A DNA stretch of 64,000 nt, taken from NCBI GenBank assembly GCA_038231435.1, contig JBBRLJ010000031.1:1-64000 (forward strand), given 5' to 3'. The first letter of the stretch is position 1. Each line of letters opens with the position of its first letter. Shown piece by piece: positions 28,105 to 39,364 of the stretch. This DNA comes from Planctomycetota bacterium (GTDB taxonomy: Bacteria; Planctomycetota; UBA11346). A program made the translations under genes and the position numbers. Under the pieces are notes generated by a model. It was not told the DNA's origin. It saw only the letters and a list, made by a program, of their open reading frames with translations, and ran no database searches.

Positions 28105-29892
28105 ATGATCCGAGCCCTCGTTCTCGCCGTCCTGCTGGCGGCCGCGTCGTGGTCGCCAGGGGCCGAAGGCAGGAGCCCCAAGCCAGCCAAGGCGGTCGAG
28201 GATCCCGCCAAGCCGATCCGCGAGAAGCTGCTGCGCGAGAAGCTGCTCGACCACTTCTGCATCGGGCTCGACGCGCCGAATGAATGGCTGGACGAGACCC
28301 GGCGCGTGAACGGCTGCAATTGGGACTTCAAGGTGGCCTACGTCTCGGGTGGCGTCGGGCGCGGCGCGATCAGCTGGCAGAAGTACGTCAACTTCCCGGA
28401 GTGGTACATCAACCAGTGCCAGAGCGTGGGCTGCGGCGCCTGGTTCACCTGGTACATGCTGTCGCAGTCGCTGCCGGCGGACTACAAGCCGGGGCCGGCG
28501 CAGGCGTCGCCCGCGAACGCCAAGGTCGCGGCGACGATGAAGGATTACTTCTCGCAGTTCAAGCTCTTCGTCACCGAGTGCGGCAAGCTCAAGCAGTGCC
28601 CGGTGGTGATGCAGCTCGAGCCCGATGAATGGTGCCACCTGCTGCTGTCGACGCCCGACTTCGATCCCAAGTCGGTCGACATCAAGGTCGGCAGCTGCGG
28701 ACTCGATGAGCTGAAGGACCTGCCCGACAATCTCTACGGCTACGCTGCGGCATTGAAGCGCTACCGCGACGCCTACGCGCCCGAGAACATGCTGTTGTGC
28801 TGCAATCCATCGGCATGGCGTTGGCAGGGCCAGATGAGCGGACAGGCGATGGGCGACATCATGAAGAAGGTCTGCGACGGCTGGGACCTGGCGGTGATCG
28901 AGACCGGCGACCGCGACAAGGGATGCCACGGCAAGCAGCCCCCCTACGCCACCGACATCGACATCACCGGCAATCTCGAGAACCACCTGCAGTGGATCAG
29001 CGATTTCCACAAGGCTTCCGGCATGTGGGTGGTGGTGTGGCAAGCCGCGGTCGGCAACACCTACTTCGCGACCTGCGACAACACTCCCGGCCACGAATGC
29101 GACAACCTGACGCAGATGCTGTTCGAGGACTATCCGAGGAACCAGACCATCGCGCGCTACGTCCAGGCTGGATGCTGCGGCTGGATGTTCAATCCCGGGC
29201 AGGCCGAGTCGACCAAGGTCTACGACGCCAAGAAGGACGGCATCACCAATCCCAAGGCCATTCCCGGTTCGACCGGCGTGAAATCGGAGTATCCGGACGA
29301 CGACGGCGGATACATGCGCCTGCGCGTCGGGGCGTACTCCAAGCAACCCTTCCCGGTACTGGCCAAGCCGGATCCCCTTGCCGCGAGGAAGGCGGACGCC
29401 GAGGCGCGGAAGAAGGACCAGGACGCGGCGCGCGCGAAGTCCAAGGCAGATGCCGATGCCGAGGCCGCAGCCAAGGCAGAGAAGGAGCGGGCGAACGAGG
29501 TGTTGACGCTGTCCGACACCTCGGCCTTCGATCTCTGGGAGCCGAAGCTGAAATCGCGGCTGCGCCACCAGATCGCCGACGGCAAGCCGCCGCGTTTCCG
29601 TTTCGCCAGCCTGAAGGCCGATGCCGACATCACCGGCTTCGACGATCAAGACAGCCTCGCCCTGCAGGTCGCCGGAGTCGGGAAGATGGATATGCCGTGG
29701 GGCAAGCTCGAGTACGTCGACCTGGCAGCTCTGGCCCAGGCGGTGGCGCGTTCTGACGAGAGCCAGGACAACGCCGTCGCCGCCTTCTACCTGCTGCTGA
29801 GCGACAATCGCGCCAAGGCTGAGGAATACCTGAACCTCTCTGGCCAGTACAAGGAGATGGTGCGTGGCGCCTTCCACCTCCAGCAGCCCTGA
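28105..29892 (+). CDS. Secreted Cys-rich protein, putative glycoside hydrolase-like domain + charged linker + C-terminal domain
   Basis: Signal peptide; Trp/Tyr-rich domain with WFTWY, QLEPDEW and DDDGGY; AKE-rich linker. Function is inferred. Confidence 0.55.
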   Translation: MIRALVLAVLLAAASWSPGAEGRSPKPAKAVEDPAKPIREKLLREKLLDHFCIGLDAPNEWLDETRRVNGCNWDFKVAYVSGGVGRGAISWQKYVNFPEWYINQCQSVGCGAWFTWYMLSQSLPADYKPGPAQASPANAKVAATMKDYFSQFKLFVTECGKLKQCPVVMQLEPDEWCHLLLSTPDFDPKSVDIKVGSCGLDELKDLPDNLYGYAAALKRYRDAYAPENMLLCCNPSAWRWQGQMSGQAMGDIMKKVCDGWDLAVIETGDRDKGCHGKQPPYATDIDITGNLENHLQWISDFHKASGMWVVVWQAAVGNTYFATCDNTPGHECDNLTQMLFEDYPRNQTIARYVQAGCCGWMFNPGQAESTKVYDAKKDGITNPKAIPGSTGVKSEYPDDDGGYMRLRVGAYSKQPFPVLAKPDPLAARKADAEARKKDQDAARAKSKADADAEAAAKAEKERANEVLTLSDTSAFDLWEPKLKSRLRHQIADGKPPRFRFASLKADADITGFDDQDSLALQVAGVGKMDMPWGKLEYVDLAALAQAVARSDESQDNAVAAFYLLLSDNRAKAEEYLNLSGQYKEMVRGAFHLQQP

Positions 29893-29938
29893 GAACAGCC
29901 GTGAGCGCGGCTGTGACAGTCGCGCGCGTTGGGGGCGC

Positions 29939-32155
29939 GTGAGGGCGGCGGCCATCGCCGTCATGGCCTCCATCGCGCTGTCGTCGCACTCAGCCGCAGT
30001 CGAGCCCGAGGGCGCGGAGAACCACCTCGCCGGGCAGACCAGCCCGTACCTGATCCAGCACGCGCGCAATCCCGTCGATTGGTATCCGTGGGGAGACGAG
30101 GCCTTCGCCAAGGCCGAGGCAGAGGGCAAGCCGGTGTTCCTGTCGATCGGCTACTCGACATGCCACTGGTGCCATGTCATGGCCAAGGAGAGCTTCGAGG
30201 ACGCCGCCATCGCCGCGTTCATGAACGAGCATTTCGTCTGCATCAAGGTCGACCGCGAGGAGCGGCCCGATGTCGATCAGGTCTACGTCTCCTTCGTCGC
30301 CGCCCAGACCGGCCGCGCTGGATGGCCGCTGAGCGTGTTCCTCACCGGCGCGCGCAAGCCGTTCGTGGGCGGCACTTACTTCCCCCCCGACCGCTTCAAG
30401 GCCGCGCTCCAGCTGGTGTCGCAGCAATGGGCGACCAGCCGCGAGGCCCTGATCGCCCATGGCGACGAGGCCCTCTCCCAGCTATCGACCGCGCCCGCGG
30501 CTGCGACGACGACAGCGGCGGGTAGCGCCGCGCCCGAGACCGCGGCACTGGTCGATCGCGCCTTCGCCGCGATCTCGCGCTCCTACGACGCCGCCCATGG
30601 CGGCTTCGGCGAGGCGCCGAAATTCCCGCGGCCGGTGACGTTGCGCCTGCTCGCTCGCCTGCGCGAGCGAGCCCAGGCATCGCAGATGCTCTCCGGCACG
30701 CTTGCGGCGATGGCGCGCGGCGGCATCCATGACCAGCTCGGGGGTGGGTTCCACCGCTACGCCGTCGATGCCGCCTGGCGGGTCCCGCACTTCGAGAAGA
30801 TGCTCTACGATCAAGCCCAGCTGGCGGACGCGTATCTCGACGGCTGGCAGCTCACCGGCGATGCGGAGCTGCGCGCGGCGGCCAAGGACACGCTGGAATA
30901 CGTGGTGCGCGATCTCCAACTCGCCGACGGCGGCTTCGCGACCGCCGAGGATGCGGATAGCGCGATGGCCAATGGAGGCCATGGCGAAGGCGCGTTCTAC
31001 GCGTGGACCAAGGATCAGATCGACTCGCGTCTGATCGTCGGCCTCGGCGGGGATGGCGCAGACGCCGCCAAGCTCTTCAGCGCGATCTACGGTGTCGGGG
31101 AGCACGGCAACGTGCCGCCGGACGGCGACCCTGCCGGCGAGCTGCGCGGGAAGAACGTGCTCAGGCGGGCCGTCGGCCTTTCCGACGCCGCGGCCGCATG
31201 CGGGATCCCGGCAGATCGCGCCGGCGGGTTCGTCGACGCCGCGCGCGACATCCTGTTCACGTTCCGCGCGACCCGCCCTAGGCCCGCACGCGATGAGAAG
31301 CTCGTCAGCGCCTGGAATGGCTTGATGATCAGCGCGCTCGCTCGTGGCTCCGCGATCCTCGACGAGCCGGGGTTCTTGGCCGCCGCGCAGCGTGCGACTG
31401 CTTTCCTGCGCACCCACGCGTGGACGGAGGCGAAGGGCCTGACGCGCAGCTACTGCCAGGGCGAAGCCTCGGGCGAGGCGGTGGCGAGCGACTACGCCTT
31501 CCTGATCGCCGGGCTGCTGGATCTACATGCGGTCGACGGCGACCCTGCTCATCTGTCCTGGGCGCTCGAGCTCCAGGCGCGTTTCGAACGCGACTTCCTC
31601 GACCCCGCCTCAGGCACATACCTGGATTCCGCCGCTGGGGCCAAGCTCCCGGTGCGCATGCGTGCGGACGACGACCAGGCCGAACCTGCGGCGAACAGCG
31701 TCGCGGCGCGGAACCTGCTGCGGCTCGCTCGCATCACCGAGGACCCCGCGCTGTCTGCGCAGGCCCGGAAGCTGCTGGCGGCCTACCGCGTGATCCTCGC
31801 GCGCCGGCCCGACGCCATGCCGGCCATGCTGTCGGTCATGATCTCGGAAGCCGCCCCGAGCTGCCACCTGCTGGTCGTGGGCGACCCGGACGAGCCGATG
31901 ACGCGCGCGCTGCTGGCCACCGCGCAGCGGCGTTTCCTGCCCGACCTGGTGGTCGTGGTGGTCTCGGACGCTCCCGCCAGCGCGAGCGTGCGCGCGCGCT
32001 ATCCCGCTATCATGGTTCCGCCACGGCTCGAAAAAGCGCCGACCGCGTATTTCTGCAGCGGAACGACTTGCGATGCTCCAACCTCAGATCCAGCCGTGCT
32101 CGCCAAGCAGCTCGAGGAAGCACCGACTCCCTCAGGAACCGCGCCAGGCAAGTGA
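29939..32155 (+). CDS. YyaL/SSP411 (DUF255) thioredoxin-domain protein
   Basis: [50 protein letters not shown]. Start approximate. Confidence 0.93.
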   Translation: MRAAAIAVMASIALSSHSAAVEPEGAENHLAGQTSPYLIQHARNPVDWYPWGDEAFAKAEAEGKPVFLSIGYSTCHWCHVMAKESFEDAAIAAFMNEHFVCIKVDREERPDVDQVYVSFVAAQTGRAGWPLSVFLTGARKPFVGGTYFPPDRFKAALQLVSQQWATSREALIAHGDEALSQLSTAPAAATTTAAGSAAPETAALVDRAFAAISRSYDAAHGGFGEAPKFPRPVTLRLLARLRERAQASQMLSGTLAAMARGGIHDQLGGGFHRYAVDAAWRVPHFEKMLYDQAQLADAYLDGWQLTGDAELRAAAKDTLEYVVRDLQLADGGFATAEDADSAMANGGHGEGAFYAWTKDQIDSRLIVGLGGDGADAAKLFSAIYGVGEHGNVPPDGDPAGELRGKNVLRRAVGLSDAAAACGIPADRAGGFVDAARDILFTFRATRPRPARDEKLVSAWNGLMISALARGSAILDEPGFLAAAQRATAFLRTHAWTEAKGLTRSYCQGEASGEAVASDYAFLIAGLLDLHAVDGDPAHLSWALELQARFERDFLDPASGTYLDSAAGAKLPVRMRADDDQAEPAANSVAARNLLRLARITEDPALSAQARKLLAAYRVILARRPDAMPAMLSVMISEAAPSCHLLVVGDPDEPMTRALLATAQRRFLPDLVVVVVSDAPASASVRARYPAIMVPPRLEKAPTAYFCSGTTCDAPTSDPAVLAKQLEEAPTPSGTAPGK

Positions 32156-32194
32156 TGGGGTTGCCGTTCGCCGCGCATGGCGAACAATCGCGGC

Positions 32195-33568
32195 ATGGAC
32201 CCGACCGCCGCCGCCAGATCCGTCTGCGCCGATGCCGCCGCCCTGGCACGCCTGCAACGAGATGGCCGGGCGTGGGCTGTGCTCGCCTATCCAGCCGTGC
32301 TCGACGAGACTCCGCTGGCGATGTACGCGGCCACCGCCGGCCGCCGCCGCACGCTGCTGTGGCGTGACGGCGAATGGATGCTCGGCGTGGGCGACGCCGC
32401 GGCTTTCGCCAGCGACGGCCCGGGCCGCGCATCCCACCTGGTCAGCTCGGCGGCGCGCATCGAGTGCCGGGCCGCGATCGGTTCGTGCGGCTCGCAGCCG
32501 CCGCCGATGCCGTGCCTGTTCACCGCCTACAGCTTCGAGGACCACGCCCCCGGCCCCAGCCATTGGGGCAACGGCCTATCCGGCGCGCGCCTGTGGCTGC
32601 CACGGCGGCTGTACTGGCGGCGCCGCGATGGCAGCGGCTGGATTGTCGCGGCGCTCGGCATCACCGCTGGCGATCATGACGCGGCTCGCATCGCGGAGCG
32701 GCTGCTCGCCGAGCCGTCGGCGGTGACGGCGGGCTCGCCGGCCACGTGGCCAGCGTTGTCGAGCGACTACCAGGAACAGGTCGAGGACGCGGTCTCGTTG
32801 ATCCGCGACGGTGCGATGCGCAAGGTGGTGCTGGCGCGCGCCGTCGACCAACCGACCCCGGCCAAGCTCGATGCCGGCACCGTCATCGAACGCCTGCACC
32901 GCGCGAGCGGCGGGGACACCACGGTCTATGCCCACGACGGCGATGACGGCACGCAGTTCGTGGGCGCCAGCCCCGAGCTGCTGTTCGCGGCCGAGGGCAC
33001 GCGCGTCTCGGCCATGGCGCTCGCGGGCGCGAGCGGCCGCGGCGCCGACGAGGCCGAGGACCGGCGGTTGATCGAAGCGCTGATGTCCTCGACCAAGGAG
33101 CGCAAGGAGCACGGCGTCGTCGTCGAGCACCTGGTCAACGTGCTGCGACCGCGCAGCCATCCCTTCACCGTTCCCGCGAGTCCGCATCCGCTGCTGCTGA
33201 ACCGCCTCATCCATCTCGAGACCATGCTCGACCTCGACCTGCGCCAGGCGGATTACCTCGAGTTGCTCGGCGCCCTGCAGCCGACCCCCGCCGTGTGCGG
33301 CTGGCCCTCGACCACCGCCGCCAACTACATCCTGCGCCACGAGCGCCTGCATCGCGGTCTCTATACCGGCGCGCTCGGCTGGACGACGCCGCAATCCTGC
33401 CGATTCATGGTGCCGTTGCGCGGCGCGATCCTGCGTTCGGGAACGGGATCGGGGCCCGGCATCGCCCGGCTCTTCGCCGGCGCCGGCATCATCGAGACCA
33501 GCGATCCGGCGGCGGAGCTCGCCGAGACCGAGCTGAAGCTGGATATCATGCGACAGGTGTTGTCATGA
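32195..33568 (+). CDS. menF: Isochorismate synthase
   Basis: KVVLAR, GASPELL, KERKEH, PTPAVCG, RGLYTG, FAGAGI; adjacent to menD. Confidence 0.88.
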   Translation: MDPTAAARSVCADAAALARLQRDGRAWAVLAYPAVLDETPLAMYAATAGRRRTLLWRDGEWMLGVGDAAAFASDGPGRASHLVSSAARIECRAAIGSCGSQPPPMPCLFTAYSFEDHAPGPSHWGNGLSGARLWLPRRLYWRRRDGSGWIVAALGITAGDHDAARIAERLLAEPSAVTAGSPATWPALSSDYQEQVEDAVSLIRDGAMRKVVLARAVDQPTPAKLDAGTVIERLHRASGGDTTVYAHDGDDGTQFVGASPELLFAAEGTRVSAMALAGASGRGADEAEDRRLIEALMSSTKERKEHGVVVEHLVNVLRPRSHPFTVPASPHPLLLNRLIHLETMLDLDLRQADYLELLGALQPTPAVCGWPSTTAANYILRHERLHRGLYTGALGWTTPQSCRFMVPLRGAILRSGTGSGPGIARLFAGAGIIETSDPAAELAETELKLDIMRQVLS

Positions 33569-33600
33569 TGTGTGTGGCGTGTGGTGTGTGGTGTGTGGTG
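33569..33600 (+). repeat. Short tandem heptamer repeat
   Basis: TGTGTGG CGTGTGG TGTGTGG TGTGTGG between menF and menD. Confidence 0.8.
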
Positions 33601-33656
33601 GGAGAGACGCGGTCGATGGCTTCGCACGGTCCGGACAGGTCGAGCAGAGGAGAGCC

Positions 33657-35435
33657 ATGACCTCCGGCTCCGCCATCCCCACCGACCCCAACCTCAATGC
33701 GCTGTGGTGCCGCTGCATCGCCGAGGAGCTGGTGCGCGGCGGAGTGGTGTCGTGCGTGCTCTGCCCAGGGAGCCGCAACAGTCCGCTGCTGTTCGCGCTC
33801 GCGGGCGAACCGCGGCTGCGCTGCCTGAGCCACCTCGACGAGCGCAGCGCCGGCTTCATCGCGCTCGGGGTGGCCCGCGCCTCGGGCCGACCGGCCGCGG
33901 TGTGCGTGACCAGCGGTAGCGCGGTGGCGAACCTCCTGCCGGCGATCGTCGAGGCCCAGGCCGCTGGCCTGCCGCTGATCGTGCTCGCCGCCGACCGGCC
34001 GTGGGAGCTGCTCGGCAGCGGCGCGCCACAGGCGATGGCGCAGCGCGGCGTGTTCACGCCGTTCCTCGCCGCCGAGCTCGATCTCGGCGAGCCCCTCGCG
34101 GACGGCATGGCGCTGCGCGCGCTGCGCGCGCAGGTCAGCCGCCTGGTGCAGATCACCAGCGGTCCGGTGTTCCTCGACGTGCCGCTGCGCGACCCCCTGC
34201 CGCCGCTCCCGGATCCAGGTTGGACGCAGCCTGCGCTGTCGCGCGAGGCGCTGCACGGCCGCGGTGACGATCGCCCGTACACCGTGCTCGGAGGCATCTC
34301 GTCGTGGGGACTGCCCAAGGATCTCGGCTGGCTCGGGCCCGGGCTCAAGGGCATCGATTGGCTCAAGCCTGGCGCGAAGGGCCTGATCGTCGCCGGACCG
34401 GGCAACGGCGGCTACCCGGCGCTGGTCGCTCACCTGGCCGCAGAGACCGGCTTCCCGCTCATCGCCGATGCGCCGAGCCACCTGCGCTGGGAAGAGTGCC
34501 CGAACCTGGTGTCCAGTGGCGACGCGCTGGTCGCGGGCGAGCTCGGATCCACCCGGCCCGAGCTGATCATCCAGGTCGGCGCGGCGCCGTTGTCGCGCGC
34601 GCTCTATGAATACCTGGCGCGCCAGGATTGTCCGTGGCTGTGCCTCGAGGAAGGCGCCAACCGCGACTTCCTCGCGCGCGCGTGGGCCGCGATCGGCAGG
34701 CCTGGGCCCGAGGTGTACGCGCAGATCGCCGCCGCGTGCCGGCGCGGCGACGAGGCGTGGCGGTCGCGCTGGCTCGAGGCGGACGCGCGCGCGCGCGCGG
34801 CGCTCTCAGCGTTCGTCGCGGTCGAGCCGTGGGGCGAGGTGCTCGCCGCGCATCGCGCGTGCATGCACCCGGGATTCTTCTTCATGCACCTCGCGTCGAG
34901 CATGGCCGTCCGCCACGGCAACCTGCACTGTCTACCGGGAAACCGCATCCGCATGGTGCAGTCGAATCGAGGCCTCAACGGCATCGACGGCACGCTCGGC
35001 ACCTTCATCGGAGAATGCCTGCACCTGGGCGGCAGCGGACTGCTGCTGTGCGGGGATCTCGCCTTCCTGCACGATCTGCCGGCGCTGGCCGCGGTGCGCT
35101 CCTCGCGCAGCGATCCGACGCAGAGCGTGGGCGGCGCCATCGTCGTGCTCAACAACGATGGCGGAGGGATCTTCGATTTCCTGCCGGTCGCGCGCGTTCC
35201 TGGTTATGAACGCTGGGTGCGCACCCCCCATGGCACGGATCTGCGCGCGGCTGCCGAACAGTTCGGCCTCGCCTACTCCCTGGTATCATCGGACGCCGAG
35301 CTGCGCGCCGCCCTCGATCTGGCCGCCTCAGCGCCCGGCCTGCGAGTCATCGAATGCGCGGTGGCCGACGGCAAGGTAGTCGAGCGGCACCGCGCGCTGA
35401 TCCGCGCCATGGCCGGGATGCCAGGAATGGCGTGA
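33657..35435 (+). CDS. menD: SEPHCHC synthase
   Basis: CPGSRNSPL, DERSAGF, TSGSAVAN, ADRP, NRGLNGIDG, GDLAFLHD, NNDGGGIF; GAGGAG RBS. Confidence 0.96.
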   Translation: MTSGSAIPTDPNLNALWCRCIAEELVRGGVVSCVLCPGSRNSPLLFALAGEPRLRCLSHLDERSAGFIALGVARASGRPAAVCVTSGSAVANLLPAIVEAQAAGLPLIVLAADRPWELLGSGAPQAMAQRGVFTPFLAAELDLGEPLADGMALRALRAQVSRLVQITSGPVFLDVPLRDPLPPLPDPGWTQPALSREALHGRGDDRPYTVLGGISSWGLPKDLGWLGPGLKGIDWLKPGAKGLIVAGPGNGGYPALVAHLAAETGFPLIADAPSHLRWEECPNLVSSGDALVAGELGSTRPELIIQVGAAPLSRALYEYLARQDCPWLCLEEGANRDFLARAWAAIGRPGPEVYAQIAAACRRGDEAWRSRWLEADARARAALSAFVAVEPWGEVLAAHRACMHPGFFFMHLASSMAVRHGNLHCLPGNRIRMVQSNRGLNGIDGTLGTFIGECLHLGGSGLLLCGDLAFLHDLPALAAVRSSRSDPTQSVGGAIVVLNNDGGGIFDFLPVARVPGYERWVRTPHGTDLRAAAEQFGLAYSLVSSDAELRAALDLAASAPGLRVIECAVADGKVVERHRALIRAMAGMPGMA

Positions 35436-35605
35436 GTTGCCTGAGTGGTGGGATGACCGGGTCTAGACGTGGTGCAGGGGCGCCCCACTCCCGGTCATGG
35501 CCATAACCATGCAGGGAGCCGCTCAGCGGCCGTCATTGACGTCTACGGGGTCAACGTCGGCAGCCGGCCCTGGTAGCACCTCTGCCCATGGTGTATCCTC
35601 ACGCA

Positions 35606-36187
35606 ATGACTCGCCGCGGCTTCACCCTGGTCGAGCTCCTGGTTGCCACCGCGGTCTTCGTCATCGGCTTCGCCGCCGTGTTCAGCCTGTTCCTGTCCGG
35701 CATGCGCTTCCGCAAGCTCGCCGACGACACCACCCTGACCGCCACCCTGGCCGCGTCCGTCCTGACCGAGATCTACCTCGATTCCAGCGCCACCGCGGTC
35801 GCCGGCGGTCCGGTCGCCCCCTCCGAATATTCGGGCGACGGGCAGGCGCCCCTGGTGGCCGCGACCGAGGCTCCGAGCGGCATGGCGACGAAGATGTTCG
35901 CCTATCCGGCCATCCCCGGCGCCTTCTACCGCGTCGACAACTGCACCGACCTGCTGAATGGCCAGGATCCCTTCACCACCGCCATCAACGCCGACATGCT
36001 GACGCTGTGTCCCGGCGCCAAGGTCGACGACTACAGCGATCTCAACCGCCGCCTGCGCCTCCTGACCACCGCACAGGCCTCGACCGCAACTGCAGGGACC
36101 GACTTCGAGGATCAGCTGGTTCAACACGGCGTGGCCCTGCGCTACAAGGCCGTGCTCATCCGCCAACCGCACTGGCTGTTCAAGTAA
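35606..36187 (+). CDS. Prepilin-type N-terminal cleavage/methylation protein
   Basis: MTRRG-FTLVELLVA class III signal followed by a hydrophobic helix. Confidence 0.88.
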   Translation: MTRRGFTLVELLVATAVFVIGFAAVFSLFLSGMRFRKLADDTTLTATLAASVLTEIYLDSSATAVAGGPVAPSEYSGDGQAPLVAATEAPSGMATKMFAYPAIPGAFYRVDNCTDLLNGQDPFTTAINADMLTLCPGAKVDDYSDLNRRLRLLTTAQASTATAGTDFEDQLVQHGVALRYKAVLIRQPHWLFK

Positions 36188-36267
36188 CCACCCGGAACCT
36201 CCGCCCCGGGTACGCCACCCGACAAAGCCCGTGGGGTAGGCCCGCAGGGCCGTAGGGGCGGAGCCCC

Positions 36268-37731
36268 TTACTGAGGGAAAGTCACTCGCTCGTAGAGCGC
36301 GCTGTACTCGTCGGCCACGTGGTCCCAGCTGAAGTCCTGGGCCATGCCGCGTAACTGCGCCGCCTTCCACTGCTCCGGAAAGTGCTCGAAGAGCCCGAGC
36401 GCGCGATCGACGACGCTCGAGAAATGGCCGAGATCGATCGGCCCGAAGGTGAAGCCGGTGCCGCCGCCGGTGGCGACGTCGGTGACCGTATCGGCGAGTC
36501 CGCCGGTGAAGCGCACGATCGGCAGGGTGCCGTAGCGCATCGAGTACATCTGGGTCAGGCCGCACGGCTCGTTGCGGCTGGGCATCAGGAAGGCGTCGGC
36601 GCCGGCGATCAGGCGGTGCGCCAGCGGATCGTTGTAGCCGTACCACACGTGCACCCAGCCGGGGTGGCGCGCCTGCAGCGCGTTGAGCCGCTGTTCGATC
36701 GCGAGGTCTCCCGAACCCAGCACCGCCAGCTGCATGCGTCCCGAGAGGATGTAGGGGCTGACCGTCTCGATGATCAGGTCGATGCCCTTCTGTTCGACCA
36801 GCCGGCTGACCACCGCCATCAGGCAGGCGTCGTTGTCGCGCGCCAGGCCGAATTCCTCGCGCAATTTGTCCTTGCAGGACTTCTTGCCGGCGAGCTTCTT
36901 CTTGTCGAACTTCGCCGGGATGTGCGGATCGGTGGCGGGATTCCACACCGCCGCGTCGATGCCGTTGGTGATGCCCGAGAGCTTGTAGTTGTGGCCCTTC
37001 ATAACCGCGTCGAGGCCGTAGCCGAACTCGGGCAGTTGGATCTCCTCGGCATAGCGGCGGCTGACCGTGGTGACGCGGTCGGCGAAGACGATGCCGGCCT
37101 TCATCAGGTTGAGCTTGCCGTAGTGCTCGACGTGCATGGGGTTGAACAGCGCCCAGTCGAGCCCGGTCAGCTTCATGTCGAAGTGCCAGAACGCGCCCTG
37201 GTAGGCGATGTTGTGGATGGAGAACACGCTGCGCGTCGCCGGCAGCACCTGGTTGTAGCCGCGTTCGAGCAGCGCCGGGATCAGGCCGGCCTCCCAGTCG
37301 TGGGCGTGGATGACGTGCGGTATCCAGCCGAGGTAACCAGGCAGGGCCAGGGCTGCTTTGCAGAACACCGCAAAGCGCCGGGCGTTGTCGTCGTAGTCGT
37401 TGCTGGGGTTCGGCCCGTAGATGCCGTCGCGATCGAACAGTTCGTTGCAGGCGACAAGATGCACGGTGAGGCCATTGATCTCGACGGTGCCCACGCCGAC
37501 GGAATGGTCGACGCCGCCGACCTCGATGGTCATCGGCACCGCACCCCAGGTGATGCCGCGTTTGTCGGCCTCGCGCACCGCCTGGCGGTACGCGGGGATG
37601 ACCACGCGCGCGTCGTGGCCCTGGCGCTTGAGCGCGAGCGGCAAGGCGCCTACGACGTCGGCCAGTCCGCCGGTCTTGACCAGGGGGACCATCTCGCTCG
37701 CGACATGAAGGATGCGCAGGGCCTTCGGCAT
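36268..37731 (-). CDS. glgA: Glycogen synthase
   Basis: KTGGLADV, HAHDW, HNIAYQG, SRLVEQKG, EPCGLTQMYSMRYG. Confidence 0.96.
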   Translation of the reverse strand: MPKALRILHVASEMVPLVKTGGLADVVGALPLALKRQGHDARVVIPAYRQAVREADKRGITWGAVPMTIEVGGVDHSVGVGTVEINGLTVHLVACNELFDRDGIYGPNPSNDYDDNARRFAVFCKAALALPGYLGWIPHVIHAHDWEAGLIPALLERGYNQVLPATRSVFSIHNIAYQGAFWHFDMKLTGLDWALFNPMHVEHYGKLNLMKAGIVFADRVTTVSRRYAEEIQLPEFGYGLDAVMKGHNYKLSGITNGIDAAVWNPATDPHIPAKFDKKKLAGKKSCKDKLREEFGLARDNDACLMAVVSRLVEQKGIDLIIETVSPYILSGRMQLAVLGSGDLAIEQRLNALQARHPGWVHVWYGYNDPLAHRLIAGADAFLMPSRNEPCGLTQMYSMRYGTLPIVRFTGGLADTVTDVATGGGTGFTFGPIDLGHFSSVVDRALGLFEHFPEQWKAAQLRGMAQDFSWDHVADEYSALYERVTFPQ

Positions 37732-37924
37732 GTAGGAGGATGGCATGCGTCGCGGGAGGGCGCAAGGACGTGGAGAGGTACACGATTCGCTGTTGGTGGT
37801 TGACAGTCAGGCGTCGTGAACGCTCGGTCCCGCGCCGGTTGCGCTCATCCACTGCAAGCCGGCAGCGCCGACTCCCCTCGCGACTCGCCGCTTTCGCGCG
37901 CCGACGGACCGCTACCCTGCGCGC

Positions 37925-39364
37925 ATGCCGCCAGATCCCGTCGTCGCCGCTCCGGAGAAGACCGTCTACATCGAGACGTTCGGCTGCCAGATGAACAGCG
38001 CCGACACCGAGGTCGTGCTCGCGCGGCTCGGCGAGGCCGGGTGGAGCCGAGTCGGGTCGGTCGACGAGGCGGCGCTGGTGCTCTACAACACCTGCGCGGT
38101 GCGCGACCACGCCGAGGCCAAGGTGCGCGGCCGGCTGGGTTCGCTCAAGGCGGTCAAGGCCGCCCGGCCCGGACTGCGGATCGGCGTGATGGGCTGCATG
38201 GCCCAACGCGAGAAGGACGCGATCATCAAGCGCTTCCCGCACGTCGATCTGGTGGTCGGCACCGACCAGTTCGTGCACATGCCGCAGCTGCTCGACAGCT
38301 TGGCTGAGCGCGAGCACATTGTCGAGACGGCGTTCGGCGATTTCGAGGACCGCCTCGACGGTTCATCGACCGGCAACAAGAGCGACAAGACCTGGGGCAC
38401 GCTCGCCAGCTCGGGAGTGAATGCCTGGGTGCCGATCATGCGTGGCTGCAACTACAATTGCACGTACTGCGTGGTGCCGTTCACCCGTGGTCGCGAGAAG
38501 AGCCGCGATCCGGCGCAGATCGACGTCGAGGTTCGGCGGCTGGTCGATGCCGGCCATGCGCAGATCACCTTGCTCGGCCAGACGGTGGACGCCTACGGCA
38601 AGACCATCGGCGACGGCACCACCCTCGCCTCGCTGCTGCGCCGCCTGCACGAGATCCCGGGCCTGCTGCGTCTGCGCTTCGTCACTAGCCACCCCAAGGA
38701 CATCACCGACGACCTGCTCGACGCCGTGGCCGAGCTGCCCAAGGTGGCGAAGCACCTGCACGTGCCGGCCCAGAGCGGTTCCGACCGCGTGCTGCGACTG
38801 ATGGGACGCCGCTATGGCCGCGACGACTACCTGCGCTTCGTCGAGCGCGCCCGCGCACGCATGCCCGAGGTCGAGCTGCTGTCCGACTTCATCGTCGGCT
38901 TCCCGCGCGAGACCGACGAGGACTTCGCGCTCACCGTGAGCCTGATGGACGAGGTGCGTTTCGCCGGCTCCTACGTCTTCATGTACAGTCCGCGGCCCGG
39001 CACGCCGTCGATCAATCTCGACGATGATGTGCCGCATGAGGTGAAGAAGTCGCGCTGCAACCACCTGCTCGATCTCCAGCTGGTCCACCAGGACGAGGCC
39101 TACCGCCGCCTTCATGGCGCGGTGCGCCAGGTGCTGGTCGAGGGCGCCAGCAAGAGCGACGCGGGCATGCTGCACGGGCGCTCGGAAGGATTCCTGAACA
39201 TCGTCTTCCCACGTTTCGCCGCCGACGGCGTGTCGCGTGATGGCCTGATCGGGCGGATCGTGCCGGTGCGCATCGAGCGCTCGACCAGCCTCACCCTCTT
39301 CGGCGAGGTCTGCGGCGAACAGATGCCGGCTACGACCGGACAGACGGCGGCCCATGCCCACTGA
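37925..39364 (+). CDS. miaB: tRNA-2-methylthio-N6-dimethylallyladenosine synthase
   Basis: TFGCQMN, NTCAVR, GCMAQ, radical SAM CNYNCTYC, YSPRPGT, TRAM domain. Confidence 0.95.
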   Translation: MPPDPVVAAPEKTVYIETFGCQMNSADTEVVLARLGEAGWSRVGSVDEAALVLYNTCAVRDHAEAKVRGRLGSLKAVKAARPGLRIGVMGCMAQREKDAIIKRFPHVDLVVGTDQFVHMPQLLDSLAEREHIVETAFGDFEDRLDGSSTGNKSDKTWGTLASSGVNAWVPIMRGCNYNCTYCVVPFTRGREKSRDPAQIDVEVRRLVDAGHAQITLLGQTVDAYGKTIGDGTTLASLLRRLHEIPGLLRLRFVTSHPKDITDDLLDAVAELPKVAKHLHVPAQSGSDRVLRLMGRRYGRDDYLRFVERARARMPEVELLSDFIVGFPRETDEDFALTVSLMDEVRFAGSYVFMYSPRPGTPSINLDDDVPHEVKKSRCNHLLDLQLVHQDEAYRRLHGAVRQVLVEGASKSDAGMLHGRSEGFLNIVFPRFAADGVSRDGLIGRIVPVRIERSTSLTLFGEVCGEQMPATTGQTAAHAH

